A DNA stretch of 63,924 bases, filler included, from Octopus bimaculoides (GCF_001194135.2; 6 parts of 6 records of this genome joined end to end with filler, not necessarily neighbours in it); one strand, 5' to 3'. Shown: positions 1 through 12,752, counted from the whole stretch's first letter. The notes: generated by a model from the sequence alone, not told the origin. Numbers and translations: made by a program.

Positions 1-242
1 TATATATATATATAAATAGAGAGAAGGGGGGGGGGGGAGAGATCGGTAAATGTTTTGAAGAATATGTTTTAAGTTCTTATGTTTTGAATATATACATTAG
101 TGTATGTGTGTCCATTTGTAATTCGTTCAGAGTGGATTTTACGAGAAATAATCCTAATGATATGAAACATTTACAGCCGTAATAGTTAATATTTTTATAG
201 AAATTAAAAGTAGCAATTTACGTAGAAAACGAACAGGCCTAT

Positions 243-312
243 ACACTAGCGAGATTCGAATCGTATATTTAGTGCTTGCTAGGTAAACGCTTAAGCGATG
301 AACCTACAGCGC
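243..312 (-). mobile_element. Degenerate tRNA-like (Ala-AGC-like) SINE head or tRNA pseudogene
   Basis: Minus strand reads GCTGTAGGTTCATCGCTTAAGCGTTTACCTAGCAAGCACTAAATATACGATTCGAATCTCGCTAGTG: A-box-like start, CTAGCAA anticodon-like loop, B-box GATTCGAATC. The stems are broken. Confidence 0.4.
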
Positions 313-378
313 AAATTTCGCACCCCAAAATTAGGTAAGTTTGGAGGTAATTCCTGCTGTATGACATTTGACATTTTA

Positions 379-482
379 GTCATCTATAGTATTCAAATAT
401 TATTTCAAGGCGAATGTCATAATAATGAATATAATACCAAATGACATTCGCCTTGAAATTATATTTAAATTATGTAGATGTC
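379..482. repeat. Inverted repeat/hairpin, 42-bp arms, 20-nt loop
   Basis: 379-420 matches the reverse complement of 441-482 at 36/42; the inner 19 bp ATTTCAAGGCGAATGTCAT / ATGACATTCGCCTTGAAAT are perfect. Confidence 0.9.
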
Positions 483-1389
483 ATTATGATAGCCCATCAA
501 AGTTGATGACAGCGTCGACCCAAGGCATTCATCCTCCTCTAGTCTCTACCATTACTACCAGTAGTTTCAAAATGTCTTCTAGTATAGAGAGTAATTAATA
601 CAGAGGCCTAAAAAACATATATTACTGCAACAAGACTCTTTTGTTGACAGATTTAATCAGTTTTATTGATAATTGTTCGTATTTTGGCACATTATCCAAC
701 CATTCCAGTGTTAAGTAATATAGATTCAAAATCAAATCTTTCTCCGAAATAAATATTATGTAAAAGACATATAAATCGGTCGACGTGCACTTTTGAAATC
801 ATAACGACGGAAACATTGGCGGAAATCGAAAGCGTATCAAACTTCGTACTGATGGGATAAGAATTGTTCACCAACATTTTCTTATACAAAGTAGAAATCC
901 ATTTGAGCTTAATTTCTCTGCTTGACTAGATTAATACTAATATGACTACATGTATTTATTCATAACTAGCACTGTATTACTGTATTGGTACTTGAGTAAG
1001 TTTACAAATGTTTGCTATTGCAGAGTGAAACGCCATTTGTCTTACGATAGCGACTCTCTTACAATAACCGCCATGTTTGGTTATTAGTCTTTTGGAGAAC
1101 TGAAGTGAATGTGGCAAATACAAAAAATCAATATTTTGGAACGTGTTAAGTATTTTACTATTACACATTCTTATAAATTATTCAAGGAAAGAGAGGCATT
1201 GCCCAACATCTCTGCTGAACATCTCAGACAGGTAAAAATCGATGCAGAGGACGCCCTGATTCATCATTGATTTAAACACGTGGATTATTATCATGTGATG
1301 GTAAGACTCACAACAAGTCAGTAGAATATATCTTGCTTGGTCTAGGTAAAGCCTAACCCACTGAAAGTGTATAATGAATAATTATAAGT

Positions 1390-1590
1390 CTTTTTAGTAT
1401 AGGTACAAGGCCTAACATTTTGAGAAAGGAGACTAGTCGATTACATCAATCCAAATAATTGATTGGTACTTGTTTTTTTTCGACCTGAAAAGATGAAAAG
1501 CAAAGTCAAATTCAGCAGAATTTGAACTCAGGACGTAAAACCGGAAGAAATATCCGTCAAACCCTTTGTCCGACGTGCTCGCTGCAATAA
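1390..1590 (-). mobile_element. SINE family A (tRNA-derived), degenerate copy
   Basis: Reverse-complement match to the intact copy at 62758: GATGAAAAGCAAAGTC...TTTGAACTCAGGACGTA, with the GACTAGTCGATTACATC tail. Confidence 0.8.
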
Positions 1591-1700
1591 ATCATTTACT
1601 AATAAAAATTGAATACTTGAGATAATGACATGACCCGGTAGGAATAAAATATAAAAAAAAACAAAAACAAATCTATAGTACTCCATACATACATGAGCGG

Positions 1701-1702
1701 AT

Positions 1703-1763
<61 letters not shown>

Positions 1764-1935
1764 CATACATACCTAAATTGATCATTAGATAGATAGATCC
1801 ATCCATTCATCCATCCATACATACATGCATGCATGCATACATACATGCATGCATGCATGCATACATGCATACATGCATACATACATACATACATACATAC
1901 ATAATACATACATGCATGTATGCATAAATACAAGC
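1701..1935. repeat. (GATA)n and (CATA/CATG)n microsatellites
   Basis: Visible simple repeats. Confidence 0.95.
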
Positions 1936-2039
1936 ATATTCACGGACGGACGGACACACGTACGCACACACATTACGGCATTTAAAAGACACCTTCAATT
2001 CTCGTCGTATAAACACATCAGTCCATCTGTGCTAATCCA

Positions 2040-2225
2040 AATCTAGGTGGGAAAGGGTGCGAATTTTGTCGCATGCCAGATAAGAACAGAATTCTTGTGC
2101 TTACGACGGTCTAAATAGCCACTCTGCGTTGTTCAATCCCGATCTTGTCACTGCTTGCTGGACTCGAATGAATAACAGGCAAAGTTGACCTCGGAAGAAC
2201 TTAAGCTCAGAATTAAAGAACCGGA
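2040..2225 (-). mobile_element. Old SINE-A-related copy with a different tail
   Basis: AGGCAAAGTTGACCTCGGAAGAACTTAAGCTCAGAA matches the A-family B-box/core region; the remainder is diverged. Confidence 0.45.
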
Positions 2226-2247
2226 CCAATTATAAAGTATTTGTCCA

Positions 2248-2284
2248 ATGATCTAACGAATTTGCCAATCAACCGCTTCATCTA

Positions 2285-2356
<72 letters not shown>

Positions 2357-2429
2357 GTTATCTGTCTGTCTGTCTGTCTGTACATATGTATGTCAGCCCG
2401 TCTGTCTGTCTATCTCTCTATCTATCTCC

Positions 2430-2473
<44 letters not shown>

Positions 2474-3448
2474 TTATTTATATATCTTTATATATATATA
2501 TCTGTGCATATACGAATATGCATACATGCATGCATGTATTTATATATGCCTGAATGTACGTATATATATATATATGTATANNNNNNNNNNNNNNNNNNNN
2601 NNNNNNNNNNNNNNNNNNNNNNNNNNNNNNNNNNNNNNNNNNNNNNNNNNNNNNNNNNNNNNNNNNNNNNNNNNNNNNNNNNNNNNNNNNNNNNNNNNNN
2701 NNNNNNNNNNNNNNNNNNNNNNNNNNNNNNNNNNNNNNNNNNNNNNNNNNNNNNNNNNNNNNNNNNNNNNNNNNNNNNNNNNNNNNNNNNNNNNNNNNNN
2801 NNNNNNNNNNNNNNNNNNNNNNNNNNNNNNNNNNNNNNNNNNNNNNNNNNNNNNNNNNNNNNNNNNNNNNNNNNNNNNNNNNNNNNNNNNNNNNNNNNNN
2901 NNNNNNNNNNNNNNNNNNNNNNNNNNNNNNNNNNNNNNNNNNNNNNNNNNNNNNNNNNNNNNNNNNNNNNNNNNNNNNNNNNNNNNNNNNNNNNNNNNNN
3001 NNNNNNNNNNNNNNNNNNNNNNNNNNNNNNNNNNNNNNNNNNNNNNNNNNNNNNNNNNNNNNNNNNNNNNNNNNNNNNNNNNNNNNNNNNNNNNNNNNNN
3101 NNNNNNNNNNNNNNNNNNNNNNNNNNNNNNNNNNNNNNNNNNNNNNNNNNNNNNNNNNNNNNNNNNNNNNNNNNNNNNNNNNNNNNNNNNNNNNNNNNNN
3201 NNNNNNNNNNNNNNNNNNNNNNNNNNNNNNNNNNNNNNNNNNNNNNNNNNNNNNNNNNNNNNNNNNNNNNNNNNNNNNNNNNNNNNNNNNNNNNNNNNNN
3301 NNNNNNNNNNNNNNNNNNNNNNNNNNNNNNNNNNNNNNNNNNNNNNNNNNNNNNNNNNNNNNNNNNNNNNNNNNNNNNNNNNNNNNNNNNNNNNNNNNNN
3401 NNNNNNNNNNNNNNNNNNNNNNNNNNNNNNNNNNNNNNNNNNNNNNNN

Positions 3449-3502
<54 letters not shown>

Positions 3503-3740
3503 CACACACACACACACACACATATTATGTATGTACTTATCAATATATTTGTTATATATGTGTGTATACATACATATATATGCGTATATATATATGTGTG
3601 TGTGTGTGTGTGTATACATATATATACTATATTACATTATATTATATTATGTCATATATATTATATTATAATATATTATATTATATTATATTATATTATA
3701 TTATATTACATTATATCATATTACATTATATTATATAGAT
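2248..3740. repeat. Compound (CT)/(CTAT)/(CA)/(TA)/(TATTA) microsatellites around an assembly gap
   Basis: Simple repeats flanking the N-run 2581-3448. Confidence 0.95.
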
Positions 3741-3884
3741 ATTATATACATATGTATTTGTGTGACTCAGCTCTGAATATATATAGCATTAATTATTCAA
3801 CTTTATCAAACAGTATTGATTGCATTCGCCGCATAATTGCATTTTACAGCTCGCTGGCACTACCAAGTATGTCTTTTATATTTC

Positions 3885-4294
3885 ACTTGTTTCTCTCATT
3901 AGACTGCGGCCATGCTGGGGCACTGTCAGGAATAGTTTTTTGACGACTGAATCGACCCTCGTACTTTTTTTTAAAGTGTGGTACTAATTCTATTGCTCTC
4001 CTTTACCGTACCACGAAATTACAGGGACGTAAACATACCAACACCGGCTGTCAAACGGTGGTGGGATACAAACATAGGCAAAAAGACACACACACACACA
4101 CGCACACACACACACACATACACACGCACATATGTACATTTATATACGACGGGCTTCTTTCAGTTTCCGTTTATCAAATCCCCCACAAGGCTTTGGTCGC
4201 CCCGAGGCTATAGTAGAAGACACTTACCCAAGGTACCACACTGAACCCCGAACCAGGCTTATGGGAGGCAAAATTCTTAGCACACAACCACGCC
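3885..4294 (-). mobile_element. SINE family B, near full length, internal (CA)n
   Basis: Tail ACTTGTTTC...GACTGCGGCCATGCTGGGGCAC, middle GGGACGTAAACATACCAACACCGG, core ACGACGGGCTTCTTTCAGTTTCCGT...CACAAGGCTTTGGTC and a tRNA-like head; matches copies at 11520, 38403 and 49157. Confidence 0.9.
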
Positions 4295-4541
4295 AATCTA
4301 TCTATCTATCTATCTATCTATATGTATTATGTGTGTGTGTATCTATATATCTATCTATATTTATATATACACACACACATGTATGCATGCATGTATGTAT
4401 GTATTATGTATGTATATACTCACTCGCGCGCACAAATATATGATGAAAAATGACCACTTACGGAAAGCACAGAATGTAGACATGGTTAAACCCATTTTAT
4501 CAGTCAACTTTCGTCCTAGAATCATTACGATTTCTGCGTTG

Positions 4542-4582
<41 letters not shown>

Positions 4583-4822
4583 TGAGTGAGAGAGAGAGAG
4601 TGANNNNNNNNNNAGTGAGTGAGAGAGAGAGAGTGAGAGAGAGAGAGAGTGAGAGAGAGAGAGTGAGAGAGAGAGAGTGAGAGAGTTATATATGCATTTA
4701 TGTACGTATATGCATGTATATGATTGAGTGTGTGTGTTTGCATGTATGTTGAAATATGTAGGTATTTGTGTGCATATCCATCTATCTATATATTTATGTA
4801 TCTATGTATTCACACACACACT

Positions 4823-4859
<37 letters not shown>

Positions 4860-5559
4860 ACACACATTATATCAAGAATTTAAAACATTCATTATTAAAA
4901 TCATCTCTACGCTCCTCGTGTTTTAACATATATATATTTCAGCAATCTTTTATGTTTTGTTTGGAGCAATAAATCCCTGCGATGTATCGACATTTCAAAA
5001 CCTTCCCAATCTTATCTTCATACCGAAAGTATTTTAATGGCAGTCTTTATTGCTGTTTTTCATTGTTGGCAATAGATGAGAGTCATGTGAATGCTCCTGT
5101 GTCCATTTCTCATTGGTTATGACCGTACTTTCTCATCTTTAATGCCAGATTTCTTTAGAAAACACACAACAGAAACAACAAAAATCATAAAGGACTACAC
5201 ATGATTACTAACATACAGATTAGACCACAAATGTTGAAGGGGAAGGCTTCTGTGAATGAAATATACTTCAGTATTATACTTGTATTTATTTTTATCGAAC
5301 CCGACTGGGATTGAACTCAGAACACAGACACTTAAGAATATACCACAAAGACTGGTTTTACTATTTACTTACTCCTTTCCACTGTGTCCGTTTTATACAA
5401 CTTACTTAAGCCTTTCGCTCCCTGCAGAACAGTCATGGACAAACTGCGGCACGAGGAACATTGTGAATGGTACGCTTAATTTTGAAATCTATTAGTAGTG
5501 CAGCCGTCTGATGAACTAAGTCTTATGCAGCCCGCTTTTCGTGAAAAAGGTTGCCCATG

Positions 5560-5925
5560 CCAACCATAGATTAGGGGGTCATCACGACTTTTTTCCTCTG
5601 TTCTTGCTTCTAAGCTGCCCTTTTTGCTTCTCCCCGGTCGAATCCCAGCTTTTCTACCTGCACAGTCCTTTCTGTTTTCCTGAGGAAGGCCTTCCTCTTC
5701 TAGGTTTTGTTAATTACGAATTGTCATCAATGTTTTGAATGGACCCTACACAAACCAATTCTTACCTCTGGGAAGAGATGGTCCAAATTATCCTGACTTC
5801 TCATATATTTTGATTTTTCCAGTGTGGCAGACCCTACAAGGAGTATGCTCTCTACTGCCATAGCTCGAGGGTCATTGAGGCTCACAAGCCCCCACACTGC
5901 AACAATGACAGGATCTTGTGGTGGT
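5560..5925 (-). mobile_element. RTE-like LINE relic: 5-prime-UTR-like segment joined to a C-terminal-like segment
   Basis: Minus strand GTGGGGGCTTGTGAGCCTCAATGACCCTCGAGCTATG resembles RTE 5-prime UTRs; downstream KPRRGRP...GEAKRAA resembles the RTE ORF C-terminus. Recognised from memory only. Confidence 0.4.
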
Positions 5926-8370
5926 CTTTGTATTACGCCAGGTGTGACTTGTGTCTAAATTGGCCGCTGTTTTTCTTACATGTAGAGCGCCTTCATAGAA
6001 CAGTGTATTCCCAGATAAATACATACATACATATATATATGTGTGTATGTGTGTGTGTGTGAATGTATGTATGTATGTATGTATGTATGTATGTATGTAT
6101 ATAATCTTACAGATATATACAACAGATATAAGAGAAAAGAGCGATACTAGATTAGTAGAATTTAATTTAGCACGGAAATTAGCAATGAGTTTACGCGGAC
6201 CTATAACTGGAAATTACTTCACACGTTAAATGCATAACACATTCATCAAGTTTACTGAGAAACTCAAAATGTTTCCGCCCTTCTACACGAAACAAGATGG
6301 AAAAAATCCATGCAGAAGTAAAGCGGCATTTTGAGCTTCCCAGCGAGCATGATGAATATGAAAATTAGGCTGTATTTAATTAAGATAGTCATCTATGTAG
6401 CATACTTAACGTATACACATTACAGAAACTGACAGGCTAATTACTGCAGTATTTGTCCTGAAATAGCATGCTATGGGTGTACTGTGTTAACAACGCAGTA
6501 AATATCGGAGATGGCTATTTTAATGAAATACTGCTTCAGTTGCGTACACCGGATCTTTAATCAGCCGGGCTGCTATTCACAACATCAGTGATTGCTTTAA
6601 TAATTTCCCTTTCCTGTATCAGAGACGATGAATTCTCGTTCGAGCATATGGCTGGCTGCGAGTACACGCCATTGGAAAAGCCCCAAAGGGCCAAAATGCA
6701 TCTGGTGTTCTCGCTGGCCGCTGCTGGGATGAATTTTCGCCTCTCACTGAGATAAATTTTCATTCGGCAATACTTTTCTTCGATTCAACACTTCATTATA
6801 TAGTTTATTGTTTGATAATAACTATAGAAAACTTGGTTTCTTTCTCATTTGCACTTGCCACATTGATACCAGTCGATGACGTTTGTAAAGTCATTCATCG
6901 ATATAAATTTTTCTCTAATGGTTTTTCATTGCTGTTTTATTAAGGTGATACAAAAATTAGAATTATATTCAGTTGTGTTCCAGTGAAATAGAGAAAACAT
7001 ATCTGATTGAAAACGAAAGGTCGAAAAAAATCATGCGCATGTGTCTAATCTAAATTTCTAATTTGAAAATTATTAGTTAACTCATACTATACTGCCAGCC
7101 CTTCCTCACAACCCATATCTCACTTTCTACACCGTCTGTTCATACAATCACATCTTCCTCTACTTCCTACCTTCACCTTATAACCTATTCACATATTTTC
7201 CACTTCTACAGGTCGTTATATTACTTTACTGCAATGTCAAAGTATCTGTGCTCAAAACATCAGACTATATTCACACTTTTCTATCACCAAACTTATCAAT
7301 TAACATGTTTAACGGCACCTAATGACTTCGTCTATATCTCTATTGTCTGTAATACGATTACTGACTCTTGTCTCATATTCATAAAACTCAAATAAAAAAA
7401 TAATTGTGTCACTTCAGTCATGAAAGTGTTAAAATTTTATCTGCACTTCTGGTAAAGTACTACGCACAAATTAATAACGTATGGACTTATTAAGCAAAGT
7501 TTATTATATGATTGGTAGGTTCATCGAGGTGGCTGAAATATGATGAGCAAACAGATCATGAGCAAATCGACCAAAGTTACAAATGTTAATCTGCCTTGCA
7601 AAGATAAATGTATTAATTTATAATTCTCTAAGACTCATCTTAAGACCCAATAACAAACAAGCTTCAAGGAACACCGCGCTCTTCTAGTTTATGAGTATTG
7701 TTATTTTTTATAAGGCGTAGTTTTTATTAGTTAAGCCTTCTTAACTTATGACACCAAGTATGCAATAACTTGCTTGGCACGCACTGCTAAAGAGAGCGGT
7801 GCTGCTAGAAGGTGCCGAAATCGTCGTGGTCTCCGATCAGAGGCTCATGAAGGGTATGTCTCGTTGTGCAAGGTTTATGTTTTATATATATATATATATA
7901 TATATAGTGAGAGAGAGAGAGAAGCATACACACATATGAGCACACATATATATGCATTGTTCCTGAATGTCATACTAATACACTTGCTTGTTGTTCCGTN
8001 NNNNNNNNNNNNNNNNNNNNNNNNNNNNNNNNNNNNNNNNNNNNNNNNNNNNNNNNNNNNNNNNNNNNNNNNNNNNNNNNNNNNNNNNNNNNNNNNNNNN
8101 NNNNNNNNNNNNNNNNNNNNNNNNNNNNNNNNNNNNNNNNNNNNNNNNNNNNNNNNNNNNNNNNNNNNNNNNNNNNNNNNNNNNNNNNNNNNNNNNNNNN
8201 NNNNNNNNNNNNNNNNNNNNNNNNNNNNNNNNNNNNNNNNNNNNNNNNNNNNNNNNNNNNNNNNNNNNNNNNNNNNNNNNNNNNNNNNNNNNNNNNNNNN
8301 NNNNNNNNNNNNNNNNNNNNNNNNNNNNNNNNNNNNNNNNNNNNNNNNNNNNNNNNNNNNNNNNNNNNNA

Positions 8371-8516
8371 GTCGATTACATCGACCCCAGAGTTTCACTA
8401 GTACTTAATTTATCGATCCCGAAAGGACGAAAGGCAAAGTCGACGTTGGTGGAATTTGAACTCAGAACCTAAAAACATTTCGCCCGGCGTGCTAACGATT
8501 CTGCCAGCTCGCCACC

Positions 8517-8520
<4 letters not shown>
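8371..8520 (-). mobile_element. SINE family A (tail lost in gap)
   Basis: GAAAGGACGAAAGGCAAAGTCGAC...GGAATTTGAACTCAGAAC...CGCCCGGCGTGCTAACGATTCTGCCAGCTCGCCACCTT. Confidence 0.9.

Positions 8521-8602
<82 letters not shown>
8518..8602. repeat. (TAA)n microsatellite between two SINE-A copies
   Basis: About 28 TAA units. Confidence 0.98.
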
Positions 8603-8604
<2 letters not shown>

Positions 8605-8765
8605 CCTTTCTCCCACAGGCGCTAGGGTTGCAATTTGGGCGGGAGAGGGGGTAAGTCGATTAAATTGATCCACAGCAGTCAACTGGTACTTATTTCATCG
8701 ACCCTGAAAGGATGAAAGCTAGAGTCAACCTCAGCAACATTTGAACTCAGAACATAAAGATGGAA
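8600..8765 (-). mobile_element. SINE family A, head truncated
   Basis: GGTAAGTCGATTAAATTGATCC...GGTACTTATTTCATCGACCCTGAAAGGATGAAAG...TTTGAACTCAGAAC. Confidence 0.85.
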
Positions 8766-9059
8766 GAAAAGCCAGGAGAAAAGTCAGCTCACCTCAGTTG
8801 TTAGTTGAGTGGTACTTTAACTTAATCCATCTCGAAATAACAACTCTTAAATATAACGAAAAAATTATTTAGTGTTATCGGGAAAGAATTAGAAGATTAC
8901 GGAAGAATATTCCTATTTGCAATAATAATAATATATAATTAGATATAATGAACTAAAAATGAATGAACAGTCGAAAATAGCTTGATGGATGCACATTACA
9001 TATGCACAGAAACACACGCGTACAGTAACTACATATTTATATGTAACCTACTTAATTCG

Positions 9060-9122
9060 TTTGCTGTATATACATATATAAATATTCATATGAATTGCTG
9101 AGTATTTGAGTGCATGGCTCTG

Positions 9123-9211
<89 letters not shown>

Positions 9212-9474
9212 NNNNNNNNNNNNNNNNNNNNNNNNNNNNNNNNNNNNNNNNNNNNNNNNNNNNNNNNNNNNNNNNNNNNNNNNNNNNNNNNNNNNNNNNN
9301 NNNNNNNNNNNNNNNNNNNNNNNNNNNNNNNNNNNNNNNNNNNNNNNNNNNNNNNNNNNNNNNNNNNNNNNNNNNNNNNNNNNNNNNNNNNNNNNNNNNN
9401 NNNNNNNNNNNNNNNNNNNNNNNNNNNNNNNNNNNNNNNNNNNNNNNNNNNNNNNNNNNNNNNNNNNNNNTCTG

Positions 9475-9507
<33 letters not shown>

Positions 9508-9808
9508 GTGTGTGTGTGTGTGTTGTGTGTATGTGTATGTGTGTACAAATATACATAAAACTATATATATGCATGTGACGCGTGTGTATCTTAGTGTAAT
9601 GTGTATTACCAATATATTAATATATAAAGACAATATATGCATACAGCCTCAAACACAAGCGCGCACACACACACATACACACACATATACTTATTAGGTA
9701 GGAGAGGGAGAGAGAGAGAGCCGCACAAAAACAAAATATATCCGCTTCTTTCTTCTTTGTTTCACTTCTCATACCGTCAGCTTACTTATACATACATATA
9801 CCACTCTT

Positions 9809-9846
<38 letters not shown>

Positions 9847-10850
9847 CACACACACACATACAATGATGCACATACATACACGTATATGTATGTGCATGTG
9901 TGTGTGTGTAAGTATCAATGTATATATATATATATACATATACTATTCATTGTACTTAAGCTCCAACTTCGTTCTTCCTCTTTGATATGTTGCTCATCTG
10001 ATTTTACTGATGCATCCACACACATGAACTGACACAGATATACAACCTTCTTACATATTTATACAATCATACCCATGCACACACGCTCACACAGATACTT
10101 AGTAACATAGACGTAAGCACTAACAAAACACATACGTCTAGACACAAACTTACATACAAGAACACATAGACACCGACAGATACGCACGCACACACACAGA
10201 GTTACACAGTCATTTTTTCTCTCACACACACACACACTTATACACATACACAGTTACTTTTCCTCTCATTTCTTTCTCGTCGTCTTTTCCCTCAATAAAC
10301 ATCTCTCATTTTACACACACACACACGTTTAACGCTTTTCTTTTCCTTCTCTGTCCCTTTCCCTACATACATATGTTTACTCTTTCTTTCCTTCTCTTTT
10401 TACACCCTTCCTTCTTTTACACACTTCTCTTTATCTTTCTCTTTTTACACACTCCGCTACCTCTCCTCATTTCAGTTCTCCCCGCCATCACCATTTCTTT
10501 CTATTTGTCTTATTTTCTTTTCGTTTTTCTGTTTCATCCTCTCCCTCACTCTTCCTTCTCTCCTCTCATTCTTTCCTTCTCTATTTAACAATTTCTTGTC
10601 TCCTCTTCACTGTCTGCTTGTCTGTCTTTCATTTTCCAGCCTCCCGGTTTCAAATCGCGCTATCTCCCCATCTCCCCATTTAACATTGTCTATCCTAGCA
10701 TTCTCTTTAATTATCTGTTCAGATGATTTCAATGTGTCACACACATACAAACATACACACAAACACACACAAACAAACAAACACACACACACACACACAC
10801 ACAACGGCATTTGATGTAAACATATATATGCACTGCACAATTTCGCATGA
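9060..10850. repeat. (TG)/(CA)/(TA) microsatellites and CT-rich low-complexity DNA
   Basis: Simple repeats with an N gap. Confidence 0.9.
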
Positions 10851-11212
10851 ACCAACGATAGAGCAGTTATTCAACATGTAAAAATAGCAGCTTATTCTCC
10901 CTCAAGTAACATCCTATAAAGGACAATTTATATATTGTAGTCGTACAGACGAAAGAGAGACAGAAAAAAATACGGATCGTCACAGCTGGAACACCTTTGA
11001 TCATAAGTCGACTTAAATTCAAATCCCGCCGAGGCACCTCATCCTTTCGGAATCAATAAAAGAAAGCAGCAGACCCGGACTGGCGTTAATTTAATATTCC
11101 TTTCACGAATCCTTGATGTGAATAAAATTATTATAACACTCGTTCAGGGTGTTGGTATGACGGAGAAACAATTTACACTTTTTCACTCCTTAAAATTATA
11201 TTTTTTGTTTCA

Positions 11213-11265
<53 letters not shown>

Positions 11266-11391
11266 CCCCTCTCTCTCATTCTTCTGTTGTACTTTCTCTC
11301 GAGCCAATACTCTTATCACCCTCTCACCTATCCTCTCTCCCTCTTTCATTAAATCTATTTTCTCTCTGTGGTTGTATCGAAATGCCAACCA

Positions 11392-11461
<70 letters not shown>

Positions 11462-11519
11462 TTATCTATCTATCTATATACATATACATGCATACATACA
11501 TACATATATATATAAGCCC

Positions 11520-11667
11520 AACGGTGGCTGTGTGGTAAGACGCTTGCTTCCCAACCACATGGTTCCGGGTTCAGTCCCATTGTGTAGCATTTTGGGCAAT
11601 TGTCTTCTACTATAACCTCGGGCCTTGCAAGTGGAGTTGATAGACGGAGACTGACAGAAGCTCGTCG

Positions 11668-11747
<80 letters not shown>

Positions 11748-11975
11748 TATATGTATATGTATGTGTGTATGTGCGTGTGTGTCTTTGTGTCTGTGTTTGT
11801 CCCACCGATCCCACAACCGCTTGACAACCGAGGTTGGTGTGTTTACGTCCCTGTAACCAGCGGTTCGGCAAAATAGACCGATAGAAATACTAGGCTTACA
11901 AAGAATAAGTCCTGTGCTTGATTTCTTCGACTAAATAGCGGTGCAGTCAAATGACTGAAACAAGTAAAAGAAAAA
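11520..11975 (+). mobile_element. SINE family B, internal (TA)n/(TG)n
   Basis: Head GTGGCTGTGTGGTAAG...GGTTCCGGGTTCAGTCCC (A/B boxes), core, then GTTTACGTCCCTGTAAC...CGGTTCGGCAAAA...CAGTCAAATGACTGAAACAAGTAAAAG tail. Confidence 0.9.
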
Positions 11976-11977
11976 AA

Positions 11978-12176
11978 TACAAGTGGTGGGTGCTGAAAAG
12001 TTCCTGAACCAGTTAATTATGATTTTTTTCAACATATTCCCCTCTCAAATTCACACACTTATTGCAACGGCCCTTCAATTTTTCTAAGCCCTGTAAAAAA
12101 AACTCGGAAGGTTGGGCTTCCAGCCAGTCCTTTCGCGAGACCCTTAAAGCCAGGAACTTTTCAGCACCCCCTCACA
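11978..12176. mobile_element. Mariner-type MITE
   Basis: Perfect 19-bp inverted repeat GGGTGCTGAAAAGTTCCTG (11988-12006) / CAGGAACTTTTCAGCACCC (12151-12169), resembling mariner TIRs. Confidence 0.75.
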
Positions 12177-12439
12177 CCCTCTCTCTATTTCTATCAAATT
12201 TTCTATCTGCTGTTTCTTACCAGTTTTATCTCGCTACCTCTATCTCATACCACTCTCTCTCTCCCTCAAGTTCGCCATTTTGTTTTTCACAATACTCTTT
12301 TAATCTGTCTCTTAATTTAGCTCTAAAACTATTTCCCAATTCGTTCTCACTATATTACTGCATCCGATTGGTGACTTATCTCACTCAAACTTCCCTTCTA
12401 TCAAATATTAAACTTTCCCGCTTTCTCTTTCAACGCGTT

Positions 12440-12461
12440 TTATGAAATGATCTCTCACTCA

Positions 12462-12503
<42 letters not shown>

Positions 12504-12719
12504 TTGCCTTTCTCTCTTCCTATGCTCTTTCTCTTCCTCTTGATCATATATATGAGTGTGTCTGTGTGTGTGTGTATATAAATATGTATAATATATATCA
12601 GTTGTTCTATTTGTCTCTCTAATTCGTTCTCGTGTTTTCACGTCTCTATCTATCTATCGATCATCTTTCTTTCTTTCTTTCTTTCTGTCTGTCTTTCTTT
12701 CTGTCTTTCTTACTTTATT

Positions 12720-12752
<33 letters not shown>

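Noticed and set aside
692-889. 65-aa minus ORF with VDRFIC, like a GPCR DRY motif
   Set aside because: No flanking transmembrane helices or other GPCR motifs; probably chance.
2241-3943. Long ORFs in the track spanning N gaps and microsatellites (also near 13.4 kb, 22.5 kb, 32.4 kb, 56.8 kb)
   Set aside because: Open only because N runs and dinucleotide repeats lack stop codons.
5115-5155. Possible minus-strand terminal exon (KSGIKDEKVRS*) with downstream AATAAA
   Set aside because: Very short, with no upstream partner; expected by chance.
7785-7853. GAEIVVVSD resembling the GAPDH N-terminus
   Set aside because: Lacks GFGRIGR and has an upstream in-frame stop; too short.
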